Below, in pieces: positions 1 to 10,457 of a stretch of DNA of 64,000 nt (the first letter of the stretch is position 1; the number at the start of each line of letters is the position of its first letter). Source of the DNA: Minisyncoccota bacterium (GTDB taxonomy: Bacteria; Patescibacteriota; Minisyncoccia; Phycocordibacterales; UBA918); assembly GCA_021734905.1 (NCBI GenBank), contig JAIPIB010000002.1, forward strand, positions 38,167 to 102,166. Direction: 5' to 3'. A model generated the notes under the pieces. That model did not search any database. It worked only from the letters and a program-made list of their open reading frames with translations, and was not told the DNA's origin. Made by a program: the position numbers and the translations under genes.

Positions 1-13
1 TTATGACGATGCC

Positions 14-475
14 GTGACGTTCGCATACGATTCACTTCCATCGACTGAATACGGTGAATCTCTCGCCACAATAAAGGAACGAGCTCGATTGCAAGTGCCT
101 ATGTTTAAGGAATCAGAATTTTCATCATACATTGCGGAAAATACGATTCCCGACTACACTGGTGATCCTGTAACACTTGTCGATTTTAAGACTCTTTCTT
201 TCGCATATGCAGGAGCAACGACTTCAATAAGTGATATTGCTGATGACCTCTCGATTGACTTCACACTCAAGGGAAGCGCTCGAGTAGTCTGGACGTTTGA
301 TGAAGAAATCTTAAAAAATGAACTAGTTTCATTAAAAAAATCTGATTCCACATCAGTCTTTAGCAAATACAGATCAATTCAAGAAGCACATGCAGACATT
401 AGGCCATTTTGGGAGACATCTTTTCCAAGCAAACCTAACAACATTATGATCAAAACAGTTATAGGAAAAGAATAA
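14..475 (+). CDS. hypothetical protein (153 aa; may be N-terminally truncated by window edge)
   Basis: ORF-track ORF. No recognisable motif. Sits directly upstream of the infA promoter region. Confidence 0.35.
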   Translation: MTFAYDSLPSTEYGESLATIKERARLQVPMFKESEFSSYIAENTIPDYTGDPVTLVDFKTLSFAYAGATTSISDIADDLSIDFTLKGSARVVWTFDEEILKNELVSLKKSDSTSVFSKYRSIQEAHADIRPFWETSFPSKPNNIMIKTVIGKE

Positions 476-568
476 TCCTCTGGCTGGAGTCTTTAGATCA
501 TATTTATTAGACACAAAATCAGATAAACGCTTGACGTTTTCTGTATAATTTGGTAAACTCACCGACGT

Positions 569-793
569 TTGATGCAAGAAAAATCAGACAAAGATAATCT
601 CGTCTACGGAACAGTAGAGGAGGCGCTCCCAAACGCGCTTTTTCGTGTTTTGATAGACGGAGAAGATAAGCCAGTAATTACATATCTCGCAGGAAAAATG
701 CGAAGATATAAAATCAGAGTTTTAGTTGGTGACCGCGTAGCAGTGGTCCCAGAACCTTATGGTGGTAAGGGGAGAATTTCAAAACGACTTTAA
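569..793 (+). CDS. infA: translation initiation factor IF-1
   Basis: 74 aa with an S1-like OB fold sequence ([44 protein letters not shown]) typical of IF-1. First gene of the infA-rpmJ-rpsM-rpsK cluster. Confidence 0.9.
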   Translation: MMQEKSDKDNLVYGTVEEALPNALFRVLIDGEDKPVITYLAGKMRRYKIRVLVGDRVAVVPEPYGGKGRISKRL

Positions 794-798
794 ATTTT

Positions 799-915
799 AT
801 GAAAGTACGATCATCAGTTAAAAAAATCAGTCCCGATGACAAAATTGTTCGTCGACGCGGATACGTGTACGTTATTAACAAAAAGAAACCACGTAATAAA
901 CAGCGACAAGGCTAA
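799..915 (+). CDS. rpmJ: 50S ribosomal protein L36
   Basis: Hand translation gives [38 protein letters not shown] (38 aa), absent from the ORF track because it is under 60 aa. The classic L36 pattern MKVR.SVKK and KHKQRQG-type C-terminus is present. Canonical position between infA and rpsM. Confidence 0.85.
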   Translation: MKVRSSVKKISPDDKIVRRRGYVYVINKKKPRNKQRQG

Positions 916-917
916 GT

Positions 918-1295
918 ATGAGAATTTCAGGTATTACAATTGCAGACAATAAGCAACTTGAGTATAGCCTCACGGCTGTATTTGGTATTGGGCAATCACG
1001 AGCTATTTCTATACTAGGAGAGCTTAAGATTGATCCATCAAGAAAAGTTGTTGATTTAACTACCGAAGAAGAGAATGCAATCCGCGAAAAAGTTGAATCA
1101 TTTACGATTGAGGGGGAGTTGAAACGTTCTGTGAGTGGAAATATCAAACGACTAAAGGATATACAATCATATCGTGGATCACGTCATGCTAAACGACTTC
1201 CTGCACGTGGTCAGCGAACTAAGACAAATGCACGTACTCTAAAAGGAGTTAAAAAGACTATGGGATCTGGTAGACGTAAGCTTGAAAAGACTTAA
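918..1295 (+). CDS. rpsM: 30S ribosomal protein S13
   Basis: MRISGI..IADNKQLEYSLTAVFGIGQSRA and a basic C-terminal tail. Conserved operon position. Confidence 0.95.
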   Translation: MRISGITIADNKQLEYSLTAVFGIGQSRAISILGELKIDPSRKVVDLTTEEENAIREKVESFTIEGELKRSVSGNIKRLKDIQSYRGSRHAKRLPARGQRTKTNARTLKGVKKTMGSGRRKLEKT

Positions 1296-1335
1296 AATTG
1301 CTTTTTAGGCACTATAAAATTATATCGAATGATCT

Positions 1336-1767
1336 ATGGGTAAGAAACGAATCATAAAAAAGAGGGGAGGAAGTGACGCAAGCGCAACATCGCGTGCTCT
1401 TGCTCGTATTCCAAAACAAAAAGTTGCTGTTGGGACATTGAATATTCTCGCAACATTTAATAATACTATTCTCACACTTTGTGATAATAAGGGAAATACT
1501 TTGATTTCTGCATCAAGCGGGACACTTGGTTTTAAAGGTTCTCGAAAAAGCACTCCTTTCGCTGCTGCAAAAGTTGGAGAAATAATAGGGGATAAGGCAG
1601 TTCAAATGAATATGAAGGATGCTAATGTGGTAATCCGTGGAATTGGAGCAGGGAGAGAATCTGCACTTCGTGGTTTTTCAAGCAAGGGCGTAACCATTAC
1701 AAAAATTGCAGACCAGACCCCAGTGCCACACAACGGTCCACGTCCACCTAAGCCGCGTAGAATCTAA
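1336..1767 (+). CDS. rpsK: 30S ribosomal protein S11
   Basis: GTLNILATFNNTILTLCDNKGNTL...GFKGSRKSTPFAA signature of S11. Confidence 0.95.
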   Translation: MGKKRIIKKRGGSDASATSRALARIPKQKVAVGTLNILATFNNTILTLCDNKGNTLISASSGTLGFKGSRKSTPFAAAKVGEIIGDKAVQMNMKDANVVIRGIGAGRESALRGFSSKGVTITKIADQTPVPHNGPRPPKPRRI

Positions 1768-1777
1768 TTTAAATATC

Positions 1778-2392
1778 ATGATAATAGGTCCTAAATATAA
1801 AATTGCAAAAAGACTGGGAGCTCAAGTGTTTGAAAAAACTCAAACTGAGAAATTTGCGCTGTCTGAAGCACGAAGTGCAAGAACAAAAACACGTCGAGGC
1901 CGCGGCGGAATGATGTCCGATTACAAGAAACAACTTATCGAGAAACAGCGAATGCGTTTTTCATACGGAATATCTGAGAAGCAACTATCAAAGTATGTGG
2001 AGGAAGCATTCGAAAAGGGTCACCAACCAATAGCGGACCTTATAGCACGTCTTGAGTCTCGTCTTGATAATGTTGTCTACAGACTCGGCTTTGCTAAGAC
2101 ACGTCGCCTTGCACGACAGATAGTTTCTCACGGACACATCTTTGTTAACGGCAAGAGACTCAATATCGCCTCACATGCAGTTAAAGTTGGCGACAAGATC
2201 TCAATACGAGAAAATAGTAAGCCATCAGCATTGTTTGTTACGCTTTCAGAGACGCTCAGTGACCATACTTCAGTAAACTGGCTTGAACTTAACCAGAAGG
2301 ACCTTATTGGAGAGAAGAAGTCAGAACCAACATACGAGCCTTCAGAAACGTTTTTCGACCCTCAGCAAGTCCTCGAATATTACAGTCGGTAA
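1778..2392 (+). CDS. rpsD: 30S ribosomal protein S4
   Basis: The track ORF begins at 1706 inside rpsK. The in-frame ATG at 1778 (MIIGPKYKIAKRLG...) gives the typical S4 N-terminus. S4 RNA-binding domain (RLDNVVYRLGFAKTRRLARQIVSHGHIFVNG). Confidence 0.88.
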   Translation: MIIGPKYKIAKRLGAQVFEKTQTEKFALSEARSARTKTRRGRGGMMSDYKKQLIEKQRMRFSYGISEKQLSKYVEEAFEKGHQPIADLIARLESRLDNVVYRLGFAKTRRLARQIVSHGHIFVNGKRLNIASHAVKVGDKISIRENSKPSALFVTLSETLSDHTSVNWLELNQKDLIGEKKSEPTYEPSETFFDPQQVLEYYSR

Positions 2393-2414
2393 TATTAATA
2401 AATAATTTAGTATC

Positions 2415-3383
2415 ATGCTTGAAACAAACGTAGCACTACCATCAAAGCCACGAGTTATCAAAGAGGAAGAATTCTCTGGAGTTTTTGAGATTGACGGTCT
2501 TTACCCTGGTTACGGCCACACACTCGGAAATTCACTTCGACGTATTATTCTTTCTTCACTACCAGGTGCCGCAATAACACAGGTGAAAATAGATGGTGCT
2601 CAGCATGAATTCTCGACTATAGCTGGGGTAAAGGAAGATGTAATTACAATTCTTCTAAATCTTAAGCGTGTACGACTCCTTATGCACAGCGACACGCCAA
2701 TGACTCTTTCGCTTAAAGTAACCGGTGGAAAAGTTGTCACTGCTGCTGATATTTCTGCACCAAGTCAGATTGAAATACTTAATCCCGAACAAGTAATTGC
2801 TGAAATTACTGACAAATCAACAACTCTCTCAATTGACCTTACTGTTGAACACGGCCTTGGATATGTTCCTCGAGAAGTTCATCAAAAAGATAAAGTTGAC
2901 ATCGGAACTATTGCACTTGACGCAGTATTCACACCAATTCGTCGTGTTAACTATGAGGTTGAAAATATGCGTGTCGGCGACAGGACTGATTACAATAGAC
3001 TTAGAGTTTTTATTGAAACAGATGGGACCCTTACTCCGAGACAAGCGCTAGAAAACTCAATTGAGATTATGGTGCATCAACTTAAGGCGATTATTGGTTT
3101 TCAAGAAACAGTAGCATCTAAATCAGAACCTGATACATCTACTGAGGATACAGCTAGCACTGATGACTCATCACTTGATACTGATGTCCTTAAAACACGT
3201 ATTGAAACACTTGATCTTTCTACGCGTACACAAAATGCACTTGAAACAGCTAATATCCGAACTGTTGGAGGACTTGTGCGTAAGAAAAAAGATGATATTC
3301 TAGCCCTCGACGGAATTGGGCCAAAAGGTGTAGACGAGCTTGAAGTTATCCTTGGCAACTTGAACATCAGCTTTAAAGAATAA
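2415..3383 (+). CDS. rpoA: DNA-directed RNA polymerase subunit alpha
   Basis: 322 aa. N-terminal dimerisation domain (GHTLGNSLRRIILSSLPGAAIT) and C-terminal CTD (DLSTRTQNALETANIRTVGGLV). Confidence 0.95.
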   Translation: MLETNVALPSKPRVIKEEEFSGVFEIDGLYPGYGHTLGNSLRRIILSSLPGAAITQVKIDGAQHEFSTIAGVKEDVITILLNLKRVRLLMHSDTPMTLSLKVTGGKVVTAADISAPSQIEILNPEQVIAEITDKSTTLSIDLTVEHGLGYVPREVHQKDKVDIGTIALDAVFTPIRRVNYEVENMRVGDRTDYNRLRVFIETDGTLTPRQALENSIEIMVHQLKAIIGFQETVASKSEPDTSTEDTASTDDSSLDTDVLKTRIETLDLSTRTQNALETANIRTVGGLVRKKKDDILALDGIGPKGVDELEVILGNLNISFKE

Positions 3384-3385
3384 GT

Positions 3386-3739
3386 ATGCGACATCATAAC
3401 CAAAACAGAACACTCGGGAGGTCACGAAGTCAACGAACTGCGCTTCTTCGTGGTCTTGCGTTGTCTCTTATTGAGCATGAAAAAATCCAGACAACTGAAG
3501 CTAAGGCAAAGGAACTTCGTCCTTATGTGGAAAAACTTATTACAAAAGGAAAAGAGGGGACACTGACTGCTCGTCGACTTGTTCAAAGTTCGCTCGGTGA
3601 ACCACACACAAACATAGTCAAGAAATTATTTGATGATGTTTCAAAGCGGTATGTTGACCGCAACGGTGGTTATACACGAATTATTAAACTAGGCGATACT
3701 GGAGCAGGTCGCACAGAGGCATACATTGAGCTCGTATAA
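3386..3739 (+). CDS. rplQ: 50S ribosomal protein L17
   Basis: MRHHNQNRTLGRSRSQRTALLRGLA...GGYTRIIKLG pattern. Follows rpoA. Confidence 0.95.
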   Translation: MRHHNQNRTLGRSRSQRTALLRGLALSLIEHEKIQTTEAKAKELRPYVEKLITKGKEGTLTARRLVQSSLGEPHTNIVKKLFDDVSKRYVDRNGGYTRIIKLGDTGAGRTEAYIELV

Positions 3740-3744
3740 TATTT

Positions 3745-4095
3745 ATGGAAAAGAAAGAATATACAATTGACGCAACAAGTAAACGATTAGGTCGCGTGGC
3801 TACTGAGGCCGCTACTATTCTTCTTGGAAAAAATTCAACAAGTTTTGCAAAAAATATTGTTCAGCCAGTTACTGTTACTATTACAAATGTATCAAAGCTT
3901 GATATTAGTGATAAAAAACGAGATACTGAATTCCAAAGTTACTCAGGATATCCTGGAGGACGACGGGTTGAAAATCTTGACCATCTAGCGAACCGCCTTG
4001 GATATGATGAGGTTGTGCGACGTGTCATTAGTGGAATGATTCCAAAGAACAAGCTCCACACACCGCGAATGCTTAACCTTATTGTAACGGAATAA
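3745..4095 (+). CDS. rplM: 50S ribosomal protein L13
   Basis: YTIDATSKRLGRVATEAATILLGK...GMIPKNKL pattern of L13. Confidence 0.9.
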   Translation: MEKKEYTIDATSKRLGRVATEAATILLGKNSTSFAKNIVQPVTVTITNVSKLDISDKKRDTEFQSYSGYPGGRRVENLDHLANRLGYDEVVRRVISGMIPKNKLHTPRMLNLIVTE

Positions 4096-4111
4096 CTCAA
4101 TCATTTTATTT

Positions 4112-4516
4112 ATGGCAACACCACAGAAATACATAGAAGGAATTGGACGACGAAAGACAGCTTCGGCGCGTGTGCGAATTGTGAAATCTGCTGAATCTCG
4201 AGTCATTGTAAACGATCGCCCAATCGCAGAATATTTTTATGCTACTGCTCTTCAAAAGAACATTCTCGATGTTCTTGAGACTGAGAATGCTGGAATTGAT
4301 ACCTACGAAATCTCAGCAAAAGTTTTTGGGGGAGGACTCAGCTCACAGTCAGATGCCATCAAGCTTGGTATTGCTCGTGCACTTGTAAAGGAGAAGGCTG
4401 ATCGACGTATCACACTAAAACGTGCAGGACTTCTCAAGAGAGATCCTCGAGCTGTTGAGCGAAAGAAATTTGGACTCAAGAAAGCACGAAGACGTCCACA
4501 GTGGTCGAAACGTTAG
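4112..4516 (+). CDS. rpsI: 30S ribosomal protein S9
   Basis: C-terminal GGGLSSQSDAIKLGIARAL...KKARRRPQWSKR signature. Confidence 0.95.
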   Translation: MATPQKYIEGIGRRKTASARVRIVKSAESRVIVNDRPIAEYFYATALQKNILDVLETENAGIDTYEISAKVFGGGLSSQSDAIKLGIARALVKEKADRRITLKRAGLLKRDPRAVERKKFGLKKARRRPQWSKR

Positions 4517-4556
4517 TCACAAAAAATGCCACCATCAAGGTGGCATTTTTTGTGAC
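4517..4556 (+). terminator. rho-independent terminator after rpsI
   Basis: Perfect inverted repeat tcacaaaaaatgccacc / ggtggcattttttgtga immediately after the rpsI stop, with a T-run. Confidence 0.65.
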
Positions 4557-4837
4557 TAACGTTTCGAAGTCGGAGCGTTGTGAGTATCTTTCATAATGAG
4601 GCGAACAGCGAGGTGAGAAATGGGATGGAACCCATTTCGCAAGACCTTGAGCAATTTCTGTGAAAGGTGTACGGCGTCTGTAGGACGGTGTCAAAAGTGC
4701 TTAGAAAATCAGAACGCAGTGAATGATTTTACTTAGCAACTCGAGAGTAAGCGTTAACAAGAGCCAGTATGGACTTTTTGACAAAGTCTCATGCGAGGCG
4801 TAGAGTGCGTTCAGACAAATCTTGATATGGAGGAGTT

Positions 4838-5422
4838 ATGGTTACTCGAATTGTTTCTGTTGATTCTGATGAGCGGGGTCTTCTTCACGAACTGGTACTC
4901 AAGCAATTTCTCGACGGCGACTGCTATGCGTTCGCCCTAGCAGTAAGTGAGGGTACTAAATGGCCAATGGTTGGCCTTTTTGAAGGTTCAGTTGCACGTC
5001 ATGCCTGTATCAAGACTCCCGACGGAATGTTCTTCGATGCACGCGGCTTCGTTACTAATGAAGACATTGGTGCGCCGTTCGGTCTTTCCACGCCACACAA
5101 TATGAAATTGGTTTTTCCGAACGATCTTATTCGTGAAGGTGAGACAAAAGAGCGTGTCACGTGGGCAATTGCACGCGCAAGAACTTTTGCTGAGACACTA
5201 TGGCCAAATCTCCCGTGGGACACAAGTCACGTTGACAAGGTTCGTGGTTTTATTGACGAGCTTGAGATACTTTGCTTGAGGCATGGATTTTACATTAGTG
5301 CACAAATCCCTGGCATGCCACCAATGGTAGTGCCAATCGACGGAAATGAGGATGGGTACACAGCAACACAACTTATTGACGGTAGACAGTACTCGCTCAT
5401 GCGCAGATTCGTTGGTGAATAA
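4838..5422 (+). CDS. hypothetical protein (194 aa), GC-richer than neighbours
   Basis: Good SD (ggagg) 8 nt before the ATG. No recognisable motifs. The 280-bp spacer upstream is also GC-richer and contains hairpins. Confidence 0.5.
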   Translation: MVTRIVSVDSDERGLLHELVLKQFLDGDCYAFALAVSEGTKWPMVGLFEGSVARHACIKTPDGMFFDARGFVTNEDIGAPFGLSTPHNMKLVFPNDLIREGETKERVTWAIARARTFAETLWPNLPWDTSHVDKVRGFIDELEILCLRHGFYISAQIPGMPPMVVPIDGNEDGYTATQLIDGRQYSLMRRFVGE

Positions 5423-5451
5423 TTAGGGCTAGCATCGCTAGTCCTGCTTTT

Positions 5452-5480
5452 TTGACACAGACAAATTTCAACTGTATAAT
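5452..5480 (+). promoter_or_regulatory. sigma70-type promoter of grpE-dnaK-dnaJ
   Basis: TTGACA (5452-5457), 17-nt spacer, TATAAT (5475-5480), ending 9 nt before the grpE ATG region. Confidence 0.5.
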
Positions 5481-5488
5481 GCCACTCT

Positions 5489-6073
5489 ATGGTTCATAAA
5501 AAAGAAAAAGATGAAGAAATAGATATGATTTCTGAAGATGAGACTCTAACAGAAATCGAGGACATAGACGTTGAAACTGAAGACGAATCTTTAAAAGACA
5601 AGCTGAGAATCCTTCGCGAAAAGCTCGCTAAAACTGAGGAACAAAAGAAGCAATGTCAGGATGACCTTCAGCGCACGAGAGCAGATTTTCTCAATAGCAA
5701 ACGTAGATTAGAAGAGCAATTAGCCAGAGACAAAGAGAGGGCCACGGACAAAATTCTCTTTGACCTTCTTGCACTTATAGACAGTTTCGATACAGCAATG
5801 ATTGACACAAAACTATGGGAATCAATAGATGAGAAGTGGCGAACAGGAGTAGAAGCAATTCACACAAAACTTCTTTCGATTCTTAAAAGTAATAGTGTTG
5901 AGCAGTTTGACCCGACAGGGTTCACCTTTAATCCAGAGGAACATGAAGCCGTTGGAAGCACACCGATCACCAACAATGCAGATGAAGAAAAAATTATCAC
6001 CGTGCTTCAAAAAGGCTTCAAGAGAAATGACACTGTCATCAGACCTGCAAAAGTTATCGTCGGACACAAATAG
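5489..6073 (+). CDS. grpE: nucleotide exchange factor GrpE
   Basis: Acidic coiled-coil N-terminus, RTRADFLNSKRRLEEQ, and C-terminal beta domain (FDPTGFTFNPEEHEAVGS...VLQKGFKRNDTVIRPAKV). Upstream of dnaK. Confidence 0.85.
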   Translation: MVHKKEKDEEIDMISEDETLTEIEDIDVETEDESLKDKLRILREKLAKTEEQKKQCQDDLQRTRADFLNSKRRLEEQLARDKERATDKILFDLLALIDSFDTAMIDTKLWESIDEKWRTGVEAIHTKLLSILKSNSVEQFDPTGFTFNPEEHEAVGSTPITNNADEEKIITVLQKGFKRNDTVIRPAKVIVGHK

Positions 6074-6112
6074 CATTTATTATTTTCAATTTTAAATTTT
6101 AAAATACAACAT

Positions 6113-8011
6113 ATGGCAAAAATTCTTGGAATTGATTTAGGAACAACAAACTCAGCGGTAGCAATTATTGAAGGAGGTGAGCCGGTCATCATCGAGAACG
6201 CAGAGGGAAATCGAACAACACCTTCTATCGTGGCAATCTCTAAAACAGGAGAACGGCTAGTTGGTCAGATTGCAAAACGACAATCAGTGACAAATCCAAA
6301 AAATACCATCTACGGTATCAAAAGATTTATGGGTCATAACTTTGATGAGGATGTTGTCCAGAGTGACAAAAAGATTGTTCCTTACGAAATTCGTAAAGGA
6401 ACTGATGAAGGTGTCATCATCCATATGGGTGAAAAAGACTATAGACCGGAGGAAGTTTCTGCAATGATTCTTTCAAAAATTAAGGCGGACGCAGAAGCCA
6501 AACTTGGTGAAAAAATAACTGAAGCAGTGATTACTGTTCCTGCATACTTTAATGATGCACAGCGGAAAGCAACACAGGATGCAGGGAAAATTGCAGGGCT
6601 CGATGTAAAGCGAATCATCAATGAGCCAACGGCAGCAGCACTTGCTTACGGATTTAATAAGAAAAAGGAAGAGAAAATTGTTGTCTACGACTTTGGAGGT
6701 GGAACATTTGATGTTACCGTCCTTGAAGTCGGTGATGATGTTATAGAAGTCCAGGCAACAGATGGTGACTCACATATGGGCGGGCGAGATATAGATCAGA
6801 AGATTGTTCGTCACCTCATAGGAGAATATAAAAAATTGGAAGGAATTGACCTCGGTAGTGACCCTCTTGCGCTTCAACGACTTGATGAAGCTGCTGAAAA
6901 GGCAAAACATGAACTCTCAACAGCCGGTGATGCTGAAATTAATATTCCTTTCATCACCTCAGATGCAAACGGTCCGAAACACCTTCTTCTGACACTGACA
7001 CGTGCAAAACTTGAGGAATTAGCTTCAGAGTTTGTTGATCGCTCAATCGAAATTACAAAGCGAGCACTTGAAGCTTCATCAATTAAAAAGGAAGATATCG
7101 ATGAAATTATTCTTGTTGGTGGACAAACTCGAATGCCTCTCATTATTGAGCAGGTCAAAAAACTCTTTGGAAAAGAACCAAACAAATCAGTTAACCCCGA
7201 TGAGGTAGTTGCACTTGGTGCTGCTATTCAAGCTGGAATATTCCAAGGTGACATTCATGACATTACACTTGTTGATGTTATTCCACTTTCACTTGGTATT
7301 GAAACCATGGGCGGAGTTTCTACAACATTAATTGAAAAAAATACCCACATTCCAACAAAGCGTGACCAAGTATTCTCAACTGCTGCTGACAACCAAACAT
7401 CAGTTGAAATTCACATCACACAAGGTGAACGTCCAATGGCTGCTGACAATAAGTCACTTGGACGATTTATTCTTGATGGTATTCCACCAGCACCACGTGG
7501 CATGCCTCAAGTAGAGGTTATCTTTGACGTCGATAGTAACGGAGTACTCAATGTTATTGCAAAAGACAAATCTACGGGAAAGGAGCAGAAGATTCGTATC
7601 GAAGCCAATTCAGGTCTTACAAAAGAAGATATCGAAGGTATGAAGCAAGAAGCTGAGGCACATGCTGATGAAGATCTTAAGAAAAAGGAAGTCATTGAAG
7701 TTCGTAACCTTGCTGACCAGATTATCTATACTGCTGAGAAATCTCTTACGGACCACAAAGATGCAATTACAGAGGAAATAAAGACTGCAGTAGAAGAAAA
7801 GGTTAAGGCACTTAAGGAGGTGAAAGATGCGTCTGACGTTGAAGTAATTAAAACAAAAACGCAAGAACTTAGTACTGAAATGCAAAAGATTGGTGAAGCT
7901 GTCCAAAAACAAGCACCAAAGGACGGAGAGACAAAAACTGAATCTGAGGCACCTGAGGAAGAGACTATCCGTGATGCTGAGGTTAATGACGAGGAGAAGA
8001 AGTCTGAGTAG
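6113..8011 (+). CDS. dnaK: chaperone DnaK (Hsp70)
   Basis: [37 protein letters not shown] and other Hsp70 signatures. 632 aa. Confidence 0.97.
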   Translation: MAKILGIDLGTTNSAVAIIEGGEPVIIENAEGNRTTPSIVAISKTGERLVGQIAKRQSVTNPKNTIYGIKRFMGHNFDEDVVQSDKKIVPYEIRKGTDEGVIIHMGEKDYRPEEVSAMILSKIKADAEAKLGEKITEAVITVPAYFNDAQRKATQDAGKIAGLDVKRIINEPTAAALAYGFNKKKEEKIVVYDFGGGTFDVTVLEVGDDVIEVQATDGDSHMGGRDIDQKIVRHLIGEYKKLEGIDLGSDPLALQRLDEAAEKAKHELSTAGDAEINIPFITSDANGPKHLLLTLTRAKLEELASEFVDRSIEITKRALEASSIKKEDIDEIILVGGQTRMPLIIEQVKKLFGKEPNKSVNPDEVVALGAAIQAGIFQGDIHDITLVDVIPLSLGIETMGGVSTTLIEKNTHIPTKRDQVFSTAADNQTSVEIHITQGERPMAADNKSLGRFILDGIPPAPRGMPQVEVIFDVDSNGVLNVIAKDKSTGKEQKIRIEANSGLTKEDIEGMKQEAEAHADEDLKKKEVIEVRNLADQIIYTAEKSLTDHKDAITEEIKTAVEEKVKALKEVKDASDVEVIKTKTQELSTEMQKIGEAVQKQAPKDGETKTESEAPEEETIRDAEVNDEEKKSE

Positions 8012-8056
8012 TAGAGCTAGAGAGAAATATCAACCAGGCGTATAACTAACTGATCT

Positions 8057-9124
8057 ATGAAAAACTACTACGAAATACTTGGAATACAAAAGACAGCATC
8101 GAAAGATGAGGTAAAAAAAGCATTTCGTAAATTAGCTTCAAAATACCACCCCGATAAAAAAACAGGCGACGAGGCTAAGTTCAAAGAAATCAGTGAGGCG
8201 TACTCAACGCTCAGTGACGATAAGAAACGCGCTGAGTACGACACGTACGGACGTTCTTATGCAGGCGGAGGAGCTCAAAATGCCCAATGGGGAGGTTTTC
8301 AAGGTGGTTTTCAGGGCGGTGGAGCTGAATTCGACCTAAACGATATATTTGAGAATTTTGGCGATATCTTTGGAGGTGGTGGACATGGGGGTGGCGGACG
8401 CAGTATGCGCGGTAATGACATCTCAGTTGATATTGAGCTTGGATTCAAGGATGCAATCTTCGGAACGAAGCGATCATTGAAGCTTACGAAGAATAATACC
8501 TGCTCAACATGCACCGGAACTGGAGCAAAACCAAATACAGAAACGACTACCTGCAGTACCTGTAACGGGAATGGAAAAGTCCGTGAAACAAGGCAAAGTA
8601 TTCTTGGTCAATTTGCAACAGTTCGAGAATGTTCTGTCTGTATGGGTACAGGAAAGATTCCAAAAGAAAAATGTACTGACTGTGGAGGGGTTGGTATTAA
8701 GCGATCTGAAGATACTGTCGACATTGCAATTCCTGCTGGCATCGAGCCAGGGGAGATGATTCGCATGACTGGACGTGGGGAAGGGATACGCGGTGGAACT
8801 CCTGGAGATCTCTACATCAAGATACATGTGCAGCGCCACCCTACCATTCATCGAAGTGGCGACAATCTTGAGAGCACTCTTCGTGTAAAACTTTCAGATG
8901 CTTTACTTGGCGGCACCTACGGGGTTGAAACACTTGACGGGGTAATAGATATTAAAATTCCGGAAGGAGTAAAACATGGAGAAGTGTTAAGAATCAAAGG
9001 AAAGGGCGTTCCATCGCGATCATCTCGAGGCGATTTCCATGTCAAAATTTCTATAGACATCCCTCAGAAACTTTCCCGAACAGCAAAAAAACTTATCGAA
9101 GAGCTTAGAAAAGAGGGTATTTAA
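8057..9124 (+). CDS. dnaJ: chaperone DnaJ
   Basis: J-domain ([31 protein letters not shown]), G/F-rich linker, and four CxxCxGxG zinc-finger repeats. Confidence 0.95.
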   Translation: MKNYYEILGIQKTASKDEVKKAFRKLASKYHPDKKTGDEAKFKEISEAYSTLSDDKKRAEYDTYGRSYAGGGAQNAQWGGFQGGFQGGGAEFDLNDIFENFGDIFGGGGHGGGGRSMRGNDISVDIELGFKDAIFGTKRSLKLTKNNTCSTCTGTGAKPNTETTTCSTCNGNGKVRETRQSILGQFATVRECSVCMGTGKIPKEKCTDCGGVGIKRSEDTVDIAIPAGIEPGEMIRMTGRGEGIRGGTPGDLYIKIHVQRHPTIHRSGDNLESTLRVKLSDALLGGTYGVETLDGVIDIKIPEGVKHGEVLRIKGKGVPSRSSRGDFHVKISIDIPQKLSRTAKKLIEELRKEGI

Positions 9125-9139
9125 TTTTAAAATTAAGCA

Positions 9140-9176
9140 AAACCCCCGATGACTCCGTCACCGGGGGTTTTGCTTT
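9140..9176 (+). terminator. rho-independent terminator after dnaJ
   Basis: aaacccccg ... cgggggttt stem followed by ttttgctttg. Confidence 0.6.
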
Positions 9177-9238
9177 GTCTAGACAAACTTGAGTTACCAC
9201 CAAGTACTACTCCAAACTATAAAAAATAGGCATATAAT

Positions 9239-9724
9239 GTGTACATGGATACAGCTGGAATTGTGACACTTCTCCAAGAGTCAATTTTTATGATTGTTGT
9301 CTTTTCAACTTTTCTTATATATGGCATGGCGAAGGGAAGATACGCACTCATCAATGTACTTTTTGCACTTTACCTCGCACTCCTCATATCAATCAAGTTT
9401 CCATACTATAATCAAATTGTGCAGGGGACAGGGGACAGTAGTGCCGTTGCAAAGATTCTTTTATTTATTAGTTTTTTCCTCGTAGGAATTATTCTATTTA
9501 GACGACACATACCTGGCGACGACTATGAAGCAGCCTTTCATAAAATCGGCAAGAAAGTTCTTCTTGCAGTAATGGCTACTGTGCTTGTTATGATTTTTAG
9601 TTTCCATGCTCTACCGGTAACAGAAATAATCACCCCCGGCACACCAATTCAGGCACTATTTGCCTCACAAGAAAACTTCTTCTGGTGGCTCATCCTCCCA
9701 CTTGCTGTTCTTTTCTTCGTGTAA
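9239..9724 (+). CDS. CvpA-like small integral membrane protein
   Basis: 161 aa with 4 predicted TM helices. Size and topology resemble the CvpA (colicin V production) family. Assignment by resemblance only. Confidence 0.4.
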   Translation: MYMDTAGIVTLLQESIFMIVVFSTFLIYGMAKGRYALINVLFALYLALLISIKFPYYNQIVQGTGDSSAVAKILLFISFFLVGIILFRRHIPGDDYEAAFHKIGKKVLLAVMATVLVMIFSFHALPVTEIITPGTPIQALFASQENFFWWLILPLAVLFFV

Positions 9725-9731
9725 AACCTAT

Positions 9732-10457
9732 ATGCAGATCAAGCCAATTAAAACATCAATTCACTGTATCAGTGATGATTTATTTTCCTTCATAGTTTCA
9801 CATGTTAAAAGACTTGATGATGGGGAAATACTCGTCGTAACATCAAAAATAGTAGCTCTCTCACAAGGAAATATTATTTCGCACGACATGTATACCGAAT
9901 ATCTTAAAAATGTTTCAATGCAGTCTATTCAAACTCCGTGGGCAACGTTCACTCACACAAATGAGGGTTGGTGCATCAATGCGGGCATTGATGAATCGAA
10001 TGCACAAGATAGCCTCATCACACTTCCAAAAAAACCATTTGAATGCGCGCATGCTCTCCTTAAAAAACTCAAGAGACATTATGGTCTAAAAAACCTTGGT
10101 CTTATTATTACAGACACACGAAGTGTACCACTTCGTGTTGGTACTATTGGACGAACCATTGGCTGTGCAGGATTTCATCCCTTCAAAAGTTATATTGGCA
10201 AGAAAGACCTTTTCGGAAGAAAAAGCCGAGTAACGATAAGTAATGTTGCTGATGCCCTTGCGGCAGGTGCCGTTCTTGTCATGGGCGAAGGTAATGAACA
10301 AACACCTCTCGCTGTCATACAAAATGCTCCAATAACCTTCACTCAATCAAAATTAAAAAATGAGGAAACACGTCTTTTCCTTCTCCCCAAAGATGACATC
10401 TTTACATATCTATACAAAAACGCTTCGGTAGAGCCTCACAAACATCCCAAGAAGTAA
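9732..10457 (+). CDS. CofE-like protein (F420-0:gamma-glutamyl ligase family, pfam01996-like)
   Basis: The ATG at 9732 is in frame with track ORF 9660. Motifs ILVVTSKIVALSQGN, GWCINAGIDESN and LIITDTRSVPLRVGTIGRTIGCAG match the CofE/FbiB N-domain signatures (ilvVtSKivSkaeGr, GfvcANAGvDeSN, viisDtfGRpwR.GqvdvAIG). Confidence 0.72.
   Translation: MQIKPIKTSIHCISDDLFSFIVSHVKRLDDGEILVVTSKIVALSQGNIISHDMYTEYLKNVSMQSIQTPWATFTHTNEGWCINAGIDESNAQDSLITLPKKPFECAHALLKKLKRHYGLKNLGLIITDTRSVPLRVGTIGRTIGCAGFHPFKSYIGKKDLFGRKSRVTISNVADALAAGAVLVMGEGNEQTPLAVIQNAPITFTQSKLKNEETRLFLLPKDDIFTYLYKNASVEPHKHPKK

Noticed and set aside
1706-1777. Track ORF for rpsD starting at 1706 inside rpsK
   Set aside because: The upstream extension overlaps the rpsK 3' end in another frame. 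The conserved S4 N-terminus begins at ATG 1778.
6439-7912. Several 60-100 aa antisense or overlapping ORFs inside dnaK (6439-6621, 6874-7185, 7507-7695, 7610-7912) and similar ones inside rpoA, dnaJ, the fibre gene, pepA, pgi etc.
   Set aside because: They are fully embedded in strongly supported conserved genes on the opposite strand or in another frame, with low-complexity translations and no SD.
9660-9731. Track ORF start at 9660 for the CofE-like gene
   Set aside because: It overlaps the end of the CvpA-like gene. The ATG at 9732 immediately after that gene's stop is the parsimonious start.
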